From the NCBI RefSeq assembly GCF_021869535.1, contig NW_026262593.1, forward strand, positions 32,054,001 to 32,118,000: a stretch of DNA of 64,000 nucleotides, in the 5' to 3' direction. Under the pieces are notes generated by a model. The model worked only from the letters and a program-made list of their open reading frames with translations, ran no database searches and had not been told where the DNA came from. Below are positions 1 through 12,559 of this stretch, one piece after another. This stretch comes from Mytilus californianus. Lineage: Eukaryota. The position numbers were made by a program, and so were the translations under genes. Numbering within the stretch: the first letter of the stretch is position 1; the number at the start of each line of letters is the position of its first letter.

Positions 1-804
1 GAGTTTATTCACTTTTAATAGAAAAGAAAGTCGATTACACAATTGAAAAAAAGTGATAACAAATTTTGCATAAAAAACATTAAAACGACAACTGCAACGC
101 CCAGACATTGTTTTTATTTTGATTCGTCGGATATAGAGACGTTTTATTATTTAAAAAATATATTGAGATCAACAACGTTTTACAAATAAAATCTACGTTT
201 GAGAATCGACATATATATGCTTTATAACCCTTATTATTTAATGAAATTACAAAATGCATAGTTTTAGATATATAAACAGTCCTATTAAATTCCGTTGATG
301 ACGTTTGTAGACTATTAAAGCATGTGTCAACATATATTTTTTGCTCCTAATAAAAGTGCCCGGGGAAACTGTTTTATAAACAATGCTATAATATAATTTC
401 CGTTTGGAAAAAATTAGTCTATGCCCTATATTCCGTAACTGTAATATTTTTGTCAGTGGAAATAATATTCTAAATATTTCTTCCATTTGGAACTAAAATT
501 ATAAAGCACTTCTATTATATGGGATATAATTTTACATACAAAGATGAACGACGAGATTTAGTTTTAATTTGCGAAGTTAAATACATCACTGAACATTGAA
601 CCTTTTACCAGAAGGAATGTTATTTTCTCCCTCGCTTCACTCCTCCGAAAATATTTTTTTTCTTAACTATGTATTGAAGAAAAAAACAAAACACAGTGTA
701 GGAATGTACGTTCACTACAAGATCGCATTTAATATAGTTTCTTACATATCTACATGCAGACATTCATAAATGCATCAAAATTCAAAATACACATGTTAAT
801 ATGA

Positions 805-1042
805 TTTGATTTTTTGATTTTTTGTGATTTTAACGCCACTTTTAAGCACCGTTTTTGGGCTATTTCGTGGTGTTGGAAGCCGGATTGCCCGGAGAAAACC
901 ACCGACCTTCGATAGGAAAACTGACAATCCTAGTCAATTAAGATTGGAGTCGAGTGCACCCGTGAGGTTCGAACTCACAACCTCAGTGTTGACTGGCTAG
1001 TGATTACAGAGGTAACTACTTAGACCACTCGGCCACCGAGGC
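805..1042 (-). mobile_element. tRNA-derived SINE
   Basis: The minus strand begins gcctcggTGGCCGAGTGGtctaag (A box) and has GAGTTCGAACC (B box) about 50 nt further on. It ends in an AATC/AAATC-type tail near 805-830. A degenerate copy lies at 62310-62470. Confidence 0.75.
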
Positions 1043-2160
1043 ACCACACATGTCGATATGAACTGGGGAAGTAGTATTTATGAAGGTTATTAGTGTGGGT
1101 GGATGGGAAATAGTGTATAAAACTAACTTATATATCGTAACTTTTTTGTAACGAACGTCGCATTGGTCAACCGCGCCTTAAATTTTCCTTATATACTGAC
1201 CCCCGCAATCGTCCGTATAGAAAGGAATTTAAATACGGAAAACAGTTCTTGCAAATCAAGGACCGTAAAGCAAGAAATGTAGTAATAGGTGGAGGTTGTT
1301 CCCTTTAACATTATACAACTCACAATTTACTTTAAATAGATTTATTTTTAATTAACTCAATTATTGGACCCGAATTAGAGAAGAATAATCATTCAAAACT
1401 AGTAAAACACATTGGTTAATAAAGAAAACATTGCACTAGAAAATTAAAGAAACTTAAATGAATCACATAAGTCAAACAATCATGTCGCAAATTGTTTAAA
1501 TAATTATTAATATATTTTAGTATGATGGAACGCCTGTTACATATCGTCCATTTACTTTTACTCCTGGATATGTAAAACGTGCAACGGACATGGTATGTTT
1601 AAAAATGTAGAGGTTACTAATATATATTATACATAATTTCGCATAGAAGATTAATAGTGCTTCAACAAGAGACCCACCCTCTTCAGAATCAATTGAAAAT
1701 TAAAACCACAAGGACGTTTTTGACTTTATCAGTAACTGTTATTAAGTTCGAATAAACTGGAGCGTTTGAAAAACGAATAAAATACACCAACCGAGCGATT
1801 AAATCACCCTATAGAAGGATTCAGCCATGGACATGGGTCAAGTTTGAAATCATACAGTCTTGAAAAGTAACTCAGATTGTTACTGCCATCTTAATCCAAT
1901 TATCTAAAGGACATAACACATCACTTTATAACTAAGAGAAACACAGACAAGGTGCGAGACATGGGAAAGGCATATGAAAATGTGGCTTTATCTAAGTTTA
2001 AAGTTTTTTAGACCCCGATTTAAAAAAACCCGCTCAAAAACAAACATTTGTAAGGTAAGGATGTATTAATACATAGAAACGTTAGGATATATAGAACCAA
2101 AAGTTACCAATCTATAATAGCCAAATTTATATAATTAAAAAAATGAAAACAACACTATAA

Positions 2161-2700
2161 AAAGTAAAATCACAAAAATACTGAACTCCGAGGAAAATTT
2201 AAAAAGGAAAGTCCCCAATCAAATGACAAAATCAAATGTTCAATCACATCAAACGAATGGATAACAACTGTCATATTCCTGACTTGGTACAGGCATTTTC
2301 TTAAGTAGAAAATGGTGGATTGAACCTAGTTTTATAGCTAGCTAAACCTCTCACTTGTATGACTGTCGCATCAAATTCCATTATATTGACAACGATGCGT
2401 GAACAAATAAACAGACACAATAGGTAAAAATGTCAAAAATAGGGGTACAGTAGTCAACATTGTGTTATCATCTTAATCACTTTAAAAACAAACAAATGTA
2501 ACGAAGAAGCACAAAAAGGCATACATCAAATTTAACATCCTCATTTTGCTTATATTATACGATTTTATTTATCTATGTAAAATCCACCCATAAAGGATGG
2601 AAGGTTTTAAGTACTTGCGTAAAATCGCTTCGTCCGAAGCGCTTTTCTGGATGTACCTTCACCTGGAACGCTCAAAGCCGAATATTTGAAAGCCATGGGT
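2161..2700 (+). repeat. Dispersed repeat family A (gtaaaatcacaaaaatactgaactccgagg...), longest copy; carries a decayed hammerhead-like motif on the minus strand at 2631-2683
   Basis: The same sequence recurs at about 25355-25610 (-), 25806-25900 (+), 27625-27790 (-) and 45300-45540 (-). Confidence 0.8.
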
Positions 2701-2808
2701 TATCAACTTTGCCCGAGGTAATGTAAACACAAGAAATTTCTAAGTGTATCATCCTCCCCCTTTAAAGACTAGATCAATAAAACGCAACTGTAATATGCGA
2801 TCGTTGTA

Positions 2809-2853
2809 GACAAAAACAAACAAAACAAAACAAAACAAAACAAAAAAAAAAAA
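2809..2853 (+). repeat. (CAAAA)n microsatellite followed by poly-A
   Basis: Seen directly. Confidence 0.9.
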
Positions 2854-3190
2854 ACCCAGCTTTTATGAACCTAACAGAATCAATCATGAGACAATTTTTC
2901 ACCAAACAAATTTCGTATATATAAAAAATTAGAAAGCACCAAAATCTAAAGCTTTGAAAATGAACCAGTAGTAAAAAAAAAATTATTTGAACTTATTGTT
3001 CTGCCAGTTGATAGGCCGAATAGAAAAAAATCAAACTAGTTTAGAAAAAAAATGATTTTATCAGAATTTGTGAAAATGAAGTGAATTATGACAATTGGCA
3101 ATCAGTTATATAAAGTTTGATAAACAAATCCATACAAGGTGAGAATAGTTATAAAGGTAACAGTTGCAATGATGTATTTCGTCCCTCTAG

Positions 3191-6100
3191 CAGTCGATAC
3201 CAGCTACAGACAAACCTGCAGTTCGTTCTAAACCAAAACGAAATCCGTTACCTGATGCTGATGCTCACCCTGGTGCCGTTTCTATACAACCACAGATGAG
3301 TACAGAGGTAAAATAATTAAAACTCTAAAATGTATAGATGATATTTATAAGATTTTTGTACAATAAATTAAGTTGTTGAATCCTAATTTTGTTAAACAAT
3401 AACCTCTATGAGAATATAAGGTGTTTAAAAATGCTCAATTCCGGATGAATGATTATTTCCTACACCCAAATTGATTGTTTTTTGTTTTGTTTTTTTTTTT
3501 TTTGGGGGGGGGGGGGGTTGTTTAACGTCCATTTGGAAATATTTCAAATATATTCAAGACACAATACGAATTGATAATTATTGTTACACTTATACTTTTT
3601 TATTTCACTTTTTCCTCTTAATTTATTTTCACCACATCATATATGTTAATATTCATTAGCCGGCATTTTTGGAGACGGAAAATAATTTTAAATCTCTTTT
3701 ATCTTATTTATTTGTTGAAATTCTTTATTTCTATGTGAATCGACTTCAGAATTTAGATTGTGTTTTTTTCATGCTTGTCTCCATCGTCCAAATAATCGTT
3801 TACCGTATGTGTCTGAAACCTTGCAGTGTGTTTATGTATGTACAAACTCATCATAGAAACCAGGATTAGAATTTTATACGCCTGACGAGCGTTCCGTCAA
3901 CAAATGTCTCATCTAAATCTCAATCATTGAACTAAAGGCTATATGATAACCATGCAATACATAAAAGCACAAGCAAAAAACAAAACAGTGATCAACAATA
4001 AGGTATAAATAGAGGTGAACGAAACCGAAGGGATGATACAAAATCATAAGTCGAAGGACTATACTATGTCAAAAAAAAAAACGGCAACCCGATTAAACGA
4101 TAAAACGGCAAACAAATTTTAACAAAACACTACATAGATATCTAACGAGTCTCATCGTACTGCCAAAAATCGAATGTTGATGTAAACAAGCTTTAGAGTA
4201 CTGGACCAGCCAAATACAAAATCGTGTCGTCCGATACTCTAATAGCAATGCCTGTACTTTACAGAAATCTCATACGGCAACGTCTTAAACATAACAACGC
4301 TTTAAGCTCAGTTGGAAGAGCGGTCACTAACTGTACCCGGGGGCCAGAAATACACGACCTTGTGCAATGCCCAAAACAAACTTGTACATGATTCATTAGA
4401 AAAAGCACTTCAGTCCTGCTGCAAACTTTTAAATTAGCGAACTGATATTTATCAAAAAACAATCAATTACATTACATCAGAGACGTATATTACATAAGGG
4501 TCTTTTGAGAACTAAACTTCAACAAAAGGAGATGATTTCAATGTTCATATTGTGAATTTTCCGTTTCGCTGTAGCAAAGTTCCAACAGCTATGTATCTGA
4601 TTACATGTATGATTCATTAGAAACCTTGATTTCGATTGGCTTCCACGCTTCATACGAAATGTGCTTCGGTCAACGCTTTACAATCAGTAGCAGAGCGGTG
4701 ACTTACTGTACCCGGGGGTCCAGGTTTGATTCCAGGCTGGTATATGGGTAAAGTTTGGAAAGAAAATCACACTCTACTGTGACACATGCAGCACTGCATT
4801 TGCAAATAGTACTCCCAGTATAACGTTTGCAAGTTATTTTCGAAACGAAAAATCGTCGTGATAGAGTCTTGGAAATGATTTGGAAGATTTGCAAATTAGT
4901 ATTAAAACGCTCAGTAATCTATCGCAATCCGCCTGTTGAGATTGCTTGCAACTCAGGTAACAAGTCCGTTTGTGAAGGCGGCTGTTGGTTGATGGATGGA
5001 TAGTGAGTGTTTAATGTGCTATGCAGTTCCCCCTTCACATTTCATTTAAGATGCATTTAAAATTCTGAAACGAATTGTTCAAGTATTTTCACACTACTTT
5101 GATACCCTAAATGTTCCCTTCCAGCTTATAGACATGCTACCTAAAACTTTTAGCACCGTCTTTTTTTCATTAGTTTTAGCAAGTAAGTCTTCTACTTCTG
5201 ACTTGTGTATCTATATAATTTACATTTAGGAAATAATGCGTAAAGCGATAGGTGCAATTAATATGGTGAAACACGGATGTGATTCAGCTATGGTTGTAAA
5301 GGTGATATCAGATCTTCCAATCAATACCGAGGATGCTTTGAGTCGTATTGTGAATTTGGTTGTTGATACGGTAAGTTTTTTTTGTAACTAATGCTTTGAT
5401 AAAACGTAGATAACCTGCCGTTTTTTAACATTTTGATAATAAAATTGCAAACATAAGATTCGTTCTTTTTGTATAGAATAGACTTATTAGAAGTGAATAA
5501 CATATCGTTTGGAATTTGACCTCATAGACTTTATTCCCTTATTGGAAAATCAGTTGGCAATCAGATTATTTTTTATATCGCTACGGAAAAATGGTACAAT
5601 GTGATTGAATTATATTAGAATGTTGTTTTTTAGAAGCAGTAACATTGAGTAATAGTAGAAGTGTAGTTATATGGTTTCTGATATGGTTCCTGATAATACT
5701 CGACACTAATGTCACTTCTTCTCGATTATCAGTTTTTCTGCATAATTAGATTGTAAAAGATTAAGCGAGTCACAATCAAGTAATACAAATTTACATTTGT
5801 ATATAAATGAAAGACAAAATTTTATAGTCAATCAATCAGGTTGAAATTGTATAGATTTATCAATTGATATTTGTTCAGTCTATGTTTTTACTGTTCAGTA
5901 CTTGTTTATTACCCGAACAAAACAACAGCATACTGAACTGACTGAAAAGCGACTGAAAGTACGTGAGAAAGTCCATATCACGGCTTGTCTCATCATATGT
6001 GTTTGAACTGGCTGTGATCATTTTCATTTGAATTTGATTGCAAGCCAAAACTTCTGAACAGTACTGAATTTAGAAGGAGCTTATCGAAAAAATATCTTAA

Positions 6101-9100
6101 ATATAAAACAATACTTAAGATTTTTAGGTTCTGACCTTTAAGAAGATTTTGAGATCAAATTGTCCGTTTAAGATTAAAATTCATTTAATAGTGATATCAC
6201 TGAAAATTTGTACGAAAATGATCACAGCCAGTTCAAACAAATATGATGTGACAAAGCCGTGATATGGATTTTCTCCAGTACTTTCAGACGCTTTTCAGTC
6301 ATTTCAGTATGTGAAACTCTTCCGGAGCACCTGAGTTCAACCACGATTTTCGGTTGGGGTTCCTGTTGTATTATCTTTAGTTTTTTTTTTAAATTTCAGG
6401 CAGTCGATGAACCGAGTTGTTTATCAGTATGTACAAGTCTTTGTCGCACATTATCACGTGTAAGTTGTACAACTTTTCTATATATATAATGTAAAAGTGT
6501 CGTAGATCGTTGTGTACCAAAAGTTTATTGTTTTTAATGTGATAATAATTTTTTGCTGGCTACAAAACGTCATTATCAAATCGTATTGATTGTATATGTA
6601 CATGTATAAAGATTTCCGATAAAGCATTTTAATCGATTAATCCGGCCATTCTAGAAACAAGATTGAATTGAAACTAAGTTGTATTCTTTATTCATGATCA
6701 TCTCCGATATATTTTGTCATTTATGGAATGCATTTATTTTTCCCAAAATAATGGTACTTTCATTGTATCTCTTCTTATACCAAAATAACATCGTATTTAT
6801 AATGTTAATGTAACAGTATAAACTTGGAACTGAGTAGGATCTACAATTCTCTCTGAACAAATTTCAATTCCTTTTTTACTTGGAAATATTGCTATTCTGA
6901 TATAAACTTTTTTTTAAATCCAGTACAAATCAGAATTCAAATATCTTCTAGAAGAAATCAGATTCCCCAGATTTGTACCAGGATAATCCTGGATTGTACT
7001 AAATTTATAGTAGGATCCAAGTAGTTATTAAAATCGTTAAGTTAGTATGAGTACATGTATGGATCGCACTGGGTTTGTTTTGTATTGGTTGTTATCTCTA
7101 ATGGATAAGTCGAAGAACAAAATCAATAAAAATACTTTATCAATACTTTTTTCAAACAAAATTTGGTAAAATACATTTTCATATAAGTCTTAAACTGTCT
7201 TTATTCATATACATATTTCTATGAAATAGGCAAAGGTGCAGTCAAGGAATGATCCTGGTGAAAGTGTTACATTTTCGACTACATATAGACAAAAATGTAC
7301 AAAGGAGATAGAACAGGGAATTCTTAGTAGATCTACAGAGGTAAACTTTATTTTCTTCGCTTATCGTTTGAAGAAGATGGCTTTTTAATTATCAAAATGA
7401 TTATTATTGATAAATTTCTGAGGAATAACAGATTTTTCTAGAAAATTATTACAAAAATGAAATGAATTACTAAACTCGTTTCTAACACAAACTATCTTTT
7501 TTTTTATAACATATTATAGATTAAATTTTGAATTGGTGTTTATGGAATTGTCATTTCTATTTTAGTCTTACAACAGAAGGATAGAAGAAATAGCCAGGTA
7601 AAATGCAACGTTACTTTTTTAATTTTAATCAAGTGCCCCACCCATGCGTTAAGGGCTGATAAGGTCCTGGTCTTATTAGTTAAGGTTTAGATATGGTTTG
7701 CTTACTTCTGACTGTATTACTAGAAATGTTAGTATAGAAATATGTGACGATGCAGAAGCTTTAAATGGAAACTGATTGACACTCTAAGTTTGCAACGACT
7801 TTTGAAAATTAATAGTTCAAACAGCTAACAATGATTTACAAGTTATCCCAACATTGTACCATCGTCTTCAATACTACCAGGTTATCAACAAAAAAAGTTT
7901 TGAAAGAATGAATTAACATTGACTAGTAAATTTTCCATTAAAGAACTTGTTGAAATTAACTTATTTTCTCAAACGAGTTGTCGTGAAAAGTGGTCTGATC
8001 TCATTTTTGATAAGTTCAGCAGAAAATGATTTCAGTCAAAAGGACCGATCTGACTTATATTGAGATCAGTATGTGGTAACAAATAAGCAATGCTGGTAAT
8101 CGCTATGTCAGTGATTAAAACAGATTTACCGAGATCACAAAAAAATTGTTGTTAAACAATGATAACAATATAAAAATAAGTCAATCAAATGCTTATGCTT
8201 AAGTCATCTGTAAACCTTCACATTAAGTTATGAATAACGAGAAAAGTTACCTTTCGAAACACAATCCCCAATATCTTGATAAGTTTAAAGCACAAATTTC
8301 GTCCACGTGAGAGAAAAAAAAAACAAAACACACACACACTAAATGGCAACTAAGAAATATATTTTCAAGACGCAGACATTCCTTTAATAATTTTGTGAAA
8401 ATCAAATGAATTCAAACCGATGAGGACGATATATGAGATTCAGATGAATATTCTATATAAAGGCGATCTTTTATTACCAGATTTACAGGGATCATTGCTC
8501 GTTTAATACTTCTGAAGACATGTGATATCCATTCTATACTAATGAAGTTTGCTCAGACTAAATCAGAACACTGTTTAGAATGTTTTTGCACATTGTTAAC
8601 GGATGTCTGGGAGAGAATGGTGAAGTGTACATCTGCAGTGAGTCATTTAACATTAATTACAGACCTATTATTTTTTTCTATTGTTTCATATGCTAGTTAC
8701 TTGTTCGTCATTGGTTAGATTCACAAGTACAATGGACGGGATTAAACATTCGAATAACGTACAACAAAGTGAAAACTGCTTCGCTTAAACCAGTTGAAAT
8801 TGAAAAAGGCCATATAATGCAAGAAAAACCTTAGAGGAATATAGATGACACTGAAAGTACATAAAATTATAATTGACGAGCCGTAGATGTATGTACTAAT
8901 GAATATAATAGGAATCACACTTCTTATAACACATTCATTGGATTTTGGTTATTTATTGCATATGTGTACCAAGGGTAATGTGATTCGAACATACTTGTTG
9001 AAGTTCTTTGTTAAACCAATATGTGTTCAATTCAAATATAAAAGATTTAAATAGATCTTCGATCAAATTAAAACTTTGAAAGCAATTCCCACATCAAGTA

Positions 9101-9680
9101 AAATATATGAAACCGCCTTTGTTTAAGAAAAATATAGAAAATATACGTTCGAAACAAATCAAATCAAGAACAACTAGACAGATGTGAAGACCAACAGAAG
9201 TTGACGCAAAATTAAATAACATATGTTATATAACTACCAAATATATCTTCGCAATAAAGTGCTTCGGAAAGAAGATATAGTCTTCGCATGCTACATCCAA
9301 GGAACGGCATTAAAGTTGTATAGGTTAATCATTTCTTCATGTGTTATGGAGACAATTACTGCATTTATTTCTAAAATATAATCTGAACAAGGTTAAAATC
9401 ATAATGGACCGTTTTAAAAATGAAAGCGCAAGGGACGATCATTGTTTTTCTCAATAGTCCAGTACAAGATTTGTTTACTTTAGATAAGTCTATATTCATT
9501 TTCTAATTTTAAAGTTTCATTTGTATCTTTTTTGGTTTTTTTTTAAATGTTTGATATATATTTCTTTTGCAGAATTATCTTGACCAATATTATGAAGTGA
9601 TTGATGAAGTGTTATTGTATAGTGAAACACATGCAGCATTGAAATATAAGTTAGGACAACTGAAAAGTAAACAGCGCTAA
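3191..9680 (+). CDS. Divergent eIF4G-like MIF4G (HEAT-1) domain protein; 7 coding exons found, 5' end missing
   Basis: Exons 3191-3307, 5230-5370, 6400-6459, 7230-7340, 7566-7597, 8481-8637 and 9573-9680. All are AG/GT bounded and phase-compatible (0,0,0,0,2,0), and the frame is open to TAA at 9678-9680. The translation ...EIMRKAIGAINMVKH...LPINTEDALSRIVNLVVDT/AVDEPSCLSVCTSLCRTLSR/AKV...TFSTTYRQKCTKEIEQ...SEHCLECFCTLLTDVWERM...NYLDQYYEVIDEVLL...LKYKLGQL parallels the recalled eIF4G MIF4G sequence (ELFRRVRSILNKLT...[35 protein letters not shown]...NFRKLLLNRCQKEFEK...DEESLECLCRLLTTIGK...MDQYFNQME...IRFMLQDV). Confidence 0.8.
5929..6311. mobile_element. MITE / foldback element with ~96-bp imperfect terminal inverted repeats, intronic
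   Basis: 5929-6025 (catactgaactgactgaaaagcg...ctgtgatcattttc) is the near reverse complement of 6214-6311 (gaaaatgatcacag...cgcttttcagtcatttcagtatg). Confidence 0.8.
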
Positions 9681-12076
9681 GTTTGAAAGGTTATAGAGCT
9701 ACATTTTGCTTAGGACTTTCTTTGTTTATTAAATGCTATATTTTCTGTACATTGCAAAACATAATATATTACTTTTATTGTATTATTCGTGAAATAAAAA
9801 TTAAAATATGCAAAATGGTCATGCTTTCATTTCAAAATTTACTTCAGGTCGAAATATCATTACATCGACGGACTGAAAAAATCATCCCCGTTAAAATTCT
9901 TATTTTGATTTACTTTGAAGATAATAGTAAAATACATGTTATATTTCCGTTTAGAATCTTGCTCATCTTGTCCTGATGCTATTAAAGAAACAAAAAAAAA
10001 GTAGTATGCTCTAATGCAAGCAAGTAATGGACCCGTGTCACTAGGAGAACAGGAACTGATAACCTTACCGGAGCATCTGAGTGTATTTAGAAAATGAAAT
10101 ACGTGTATCATCCGAACACCATTTTAAACCGAAATAGACATTTGGTGCTCCGGAAGTGTAAGCATATCATGTCTCACGCATGCCACATCTGTTATGATGC
10201 TTTGATTTAAAAATGGATAAAAAATAATAAAGCACGCATTGAATCAATTGAAACTCTTACCCGATAAAAGTCTGCATTATGGTGACCGTAAAAACGTGTG
10301 TGTTGATAACATTAGCATGGGTTGAATATCACACTAACTAATGCGTTTTGGTGACAGGGATTGTAATATCTCAAAATGGTCCAAGAAGTGTGCGCAATAC
10401 TTGTCATTCGAAAATGAAAACCAAGGTGGCATAGATTTGTTGTCTATTGATAATCATAGATGGTTATTTCACTTTTTGGAGAGATCAGTTGGTACCGTTA
10501 GTTTTAGTGCACATTGGAAGAGACTAAGCTTTTAAATTCCTTGCAGATTTTCGAATTTTTTTATTTATGTTTGTTTCAACATCTTATTCACACTACCGCT
10601 AGGTGAGGTAGTTTCATAGTATCCCTCATCTGATATGGATGCGCCATTTGTACAATGGGGAAATTTCTTGAAACTGAACCTGTATGATAAGCATTGTTCA
10701 GTGTGTAGTATTTACGAAGAACTCATAACAAATACTTACATATTCAAATGATAGTAGCAATTGCACTTATAAAACCAAATGACAAGCCTAGTAAGAAATA
10801 ATGAGTTAAAGAACAGATTAATGGCGGTTGCTATCACATAGTCCGTGTCTATGTATGTTGGCGTTTGTTTTTGTAGCAGTTCAGTGTTTCTGTTGTTCCG
10901 TTTTGTTTCCTCTTATAGTTGATGTGTTTCCCTCAGTTTTGGTTTGTGACCCGGATTTGTTTCAGTTAAATCGATTTATGACTATCTACTATTGCATTTA
11001 TTTATTGGTCGAACAAAAACTAGAAAAAAATACCATACATACTGGTGTAACGTGAGGGTACTCACATTACACCTATTTTGACAATTTTCTGAACAACGTT
11101 TTTTTTTAAGAAGAAGAAAATAGCTTCCAATCTGTGTTTATTTCGTAGATGCATACTTATTTACTATAAATTTTCACAAATGTGTTTTGAATCCATACCG
11201 AATCATAGACAAATAGGTTTAAACCAACGTACACACGACTCAAGATTCTTTAATATGGAATACCTAAATTGCATACACGTTTAACTTTAAAATCGCATAA
11301 CTGATGCTTTGTTTTATTTCTCCGCATTTGTAAAACAATGTGAAAATAGTATATTCTTATTAGTATTTTGTAAGAAATGGATGTCTGTGACAAATTTAAA
11401 TTGCTCATTCTAAAAAAATAAATTTTTTGGATGTTGCAAGTGACGTTTCAGTAGATTTTACCTTTTCACTAAATACTTCATCTGTTGAATTAAAATGTGA
11501 TCGTTTTGTGCATATTTGAATACACTTAGCTATGTTGAAAGACATGTATAATGGAACATTATTAAGGCATATATTGTTTAGTCTCTAAGAAACCTATAAG
11601 ATTTCCGCCGATTAATTTTACAAAATGGGTGCAGAACGGGTACTTTGTGCAATTTGGGTACTGTGACGGTACAAATGTATTATGGTAAAAACTAAAACTA
11701 CTCTGATGTATATATACATTTACAAAGGTACGTACTTTTATATCGAAATCAGAGGAAACTCTAAAGTGAAGATATACTCTGATCATGATCTTTCTTAACT
11801 AACTTGTTTTGAGGTCATCTGGTTTTTATTTGATAGCATATGTAGATTTTACCAGTAGACTCGGCTTTTCTTTTCGTAATTTCAAACACATCGTAAACTA
11901 AATCTTGCAAAATCTTGTTAAAACTTAGTTTATTTTTTAAAAATTTTGAAGGCCGTACGTTGGCATGAGGTTGTTTGTATATATATTCGTTCTTTAGACT
12001 TTAATTTTTTGGAATTTTGGGTCATCAATGCTCTTCAACTTTATACTTGTTTGGCTTTCTAACTATTTTGATCTGA

Positions 12077-12120
12077 GCGTCACTGATGAGTCTTACGTAG
12101 ACGAAACGCGCGTCTGGCGT
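12077..12120 (+). ncRNA. Minimal type-I hammerhead ribozyme, predicted cleavage after GUC at 12114
   Basis: gcgtca CTGATGA GTCT tacgt AGAC GAAA C gcgc GTC tggcgt. Stem I is gcgtca/tggcgt, stem II is GTCT/AGAC, and the 2-bp stem III sits inside the palindrome acgcgcgt. Confidence 0.85.
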
Positions 12121-12432
12121 ATCAAGTTATTAGCCTGGTACCTTTGATAACTATTTACACAACTGGGTCGATGCCACTACTGGTGGACGTTTCGTCCCCG
12201 AGGGTATCACCAGCCCAGTAGGCAGCACTTCGGTGTTGACATGAATATCAATTATAGTGTCATTTTTATAAATTAATTGTTTGCAAAAGTATGAATTATT
12301 CGAAAAACTAAGGATGTTCTTATCCCAGGCATAGATTACCTTAGCCGTATTTGGCACATTTTTTTTGGAATTTTGGGTCCTCAATGCTCTTCAACTTTAT
12401 ACTTGTTTGGCTTTCTAACTATTTTGATATGA

Positions 12433-12476
12433 GCGTCACTGATGAGTCTTAAGTAGACGAAACGCGCGTCTGGTGT
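12433..12476 (+). ncRNA. Minimal type-I hammerhead ribozyme (second copy), predicted cleavage after 12470
   Basis: gcgtca CTGATGA GTCT taagt AGAC GAAA C gcgc GTC tggtgt. The core is intact; stem I has one extra G-U pair. Confidence 0.8.
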
Positions 12477-12559
12477 ATCAAATTATAAGCCTGGTACCTT
12501 TGATAACTACTTTAGTATGTATGAACATCCTAACTTATTTAAAAAATTGAAGTATGGTT

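Larger units (their letters stand above)
12005..12509 (+). mobile_element. Non-LTR retrozyme: 149-bp direct repeats (12005-12153, 12361-12509), period 356 nt, each containing a hammerhead ribozyme
   Basis: The direct repeats are seen directly. Both contain CTGATGA-stem II-GAAA-stem III-GTC cores spaced exactly 356 nt apart. Confidence 0.85.

Noticed and set aside
1210-1280. RPYRKEFKYGKQFLQ, resembling an eIF4E-binding YxxxxL-phi motif upstream of the MIF4G gene
   Set aside because: The last position is Gln rather than hydrophobic, and no convincing acceptor/donor pair links it to exon 3191.
3855-3915. Hammerhead-like remnant on the minus strand
   Set aside because: The core is mutated (TAGATGA, GGAA); it is a dead retrozyme fragment.
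4306-4740. Two tRNA-like stretches (gctcagttggaagagcggt... at 4306-4348; tcagtagcagagcggt...ggtttgattcc at 4683-4740)
   Set aside because: No acceptor stem or complete cloverleaf can be built; these are at best decayed tRNA-derived SINE heads.
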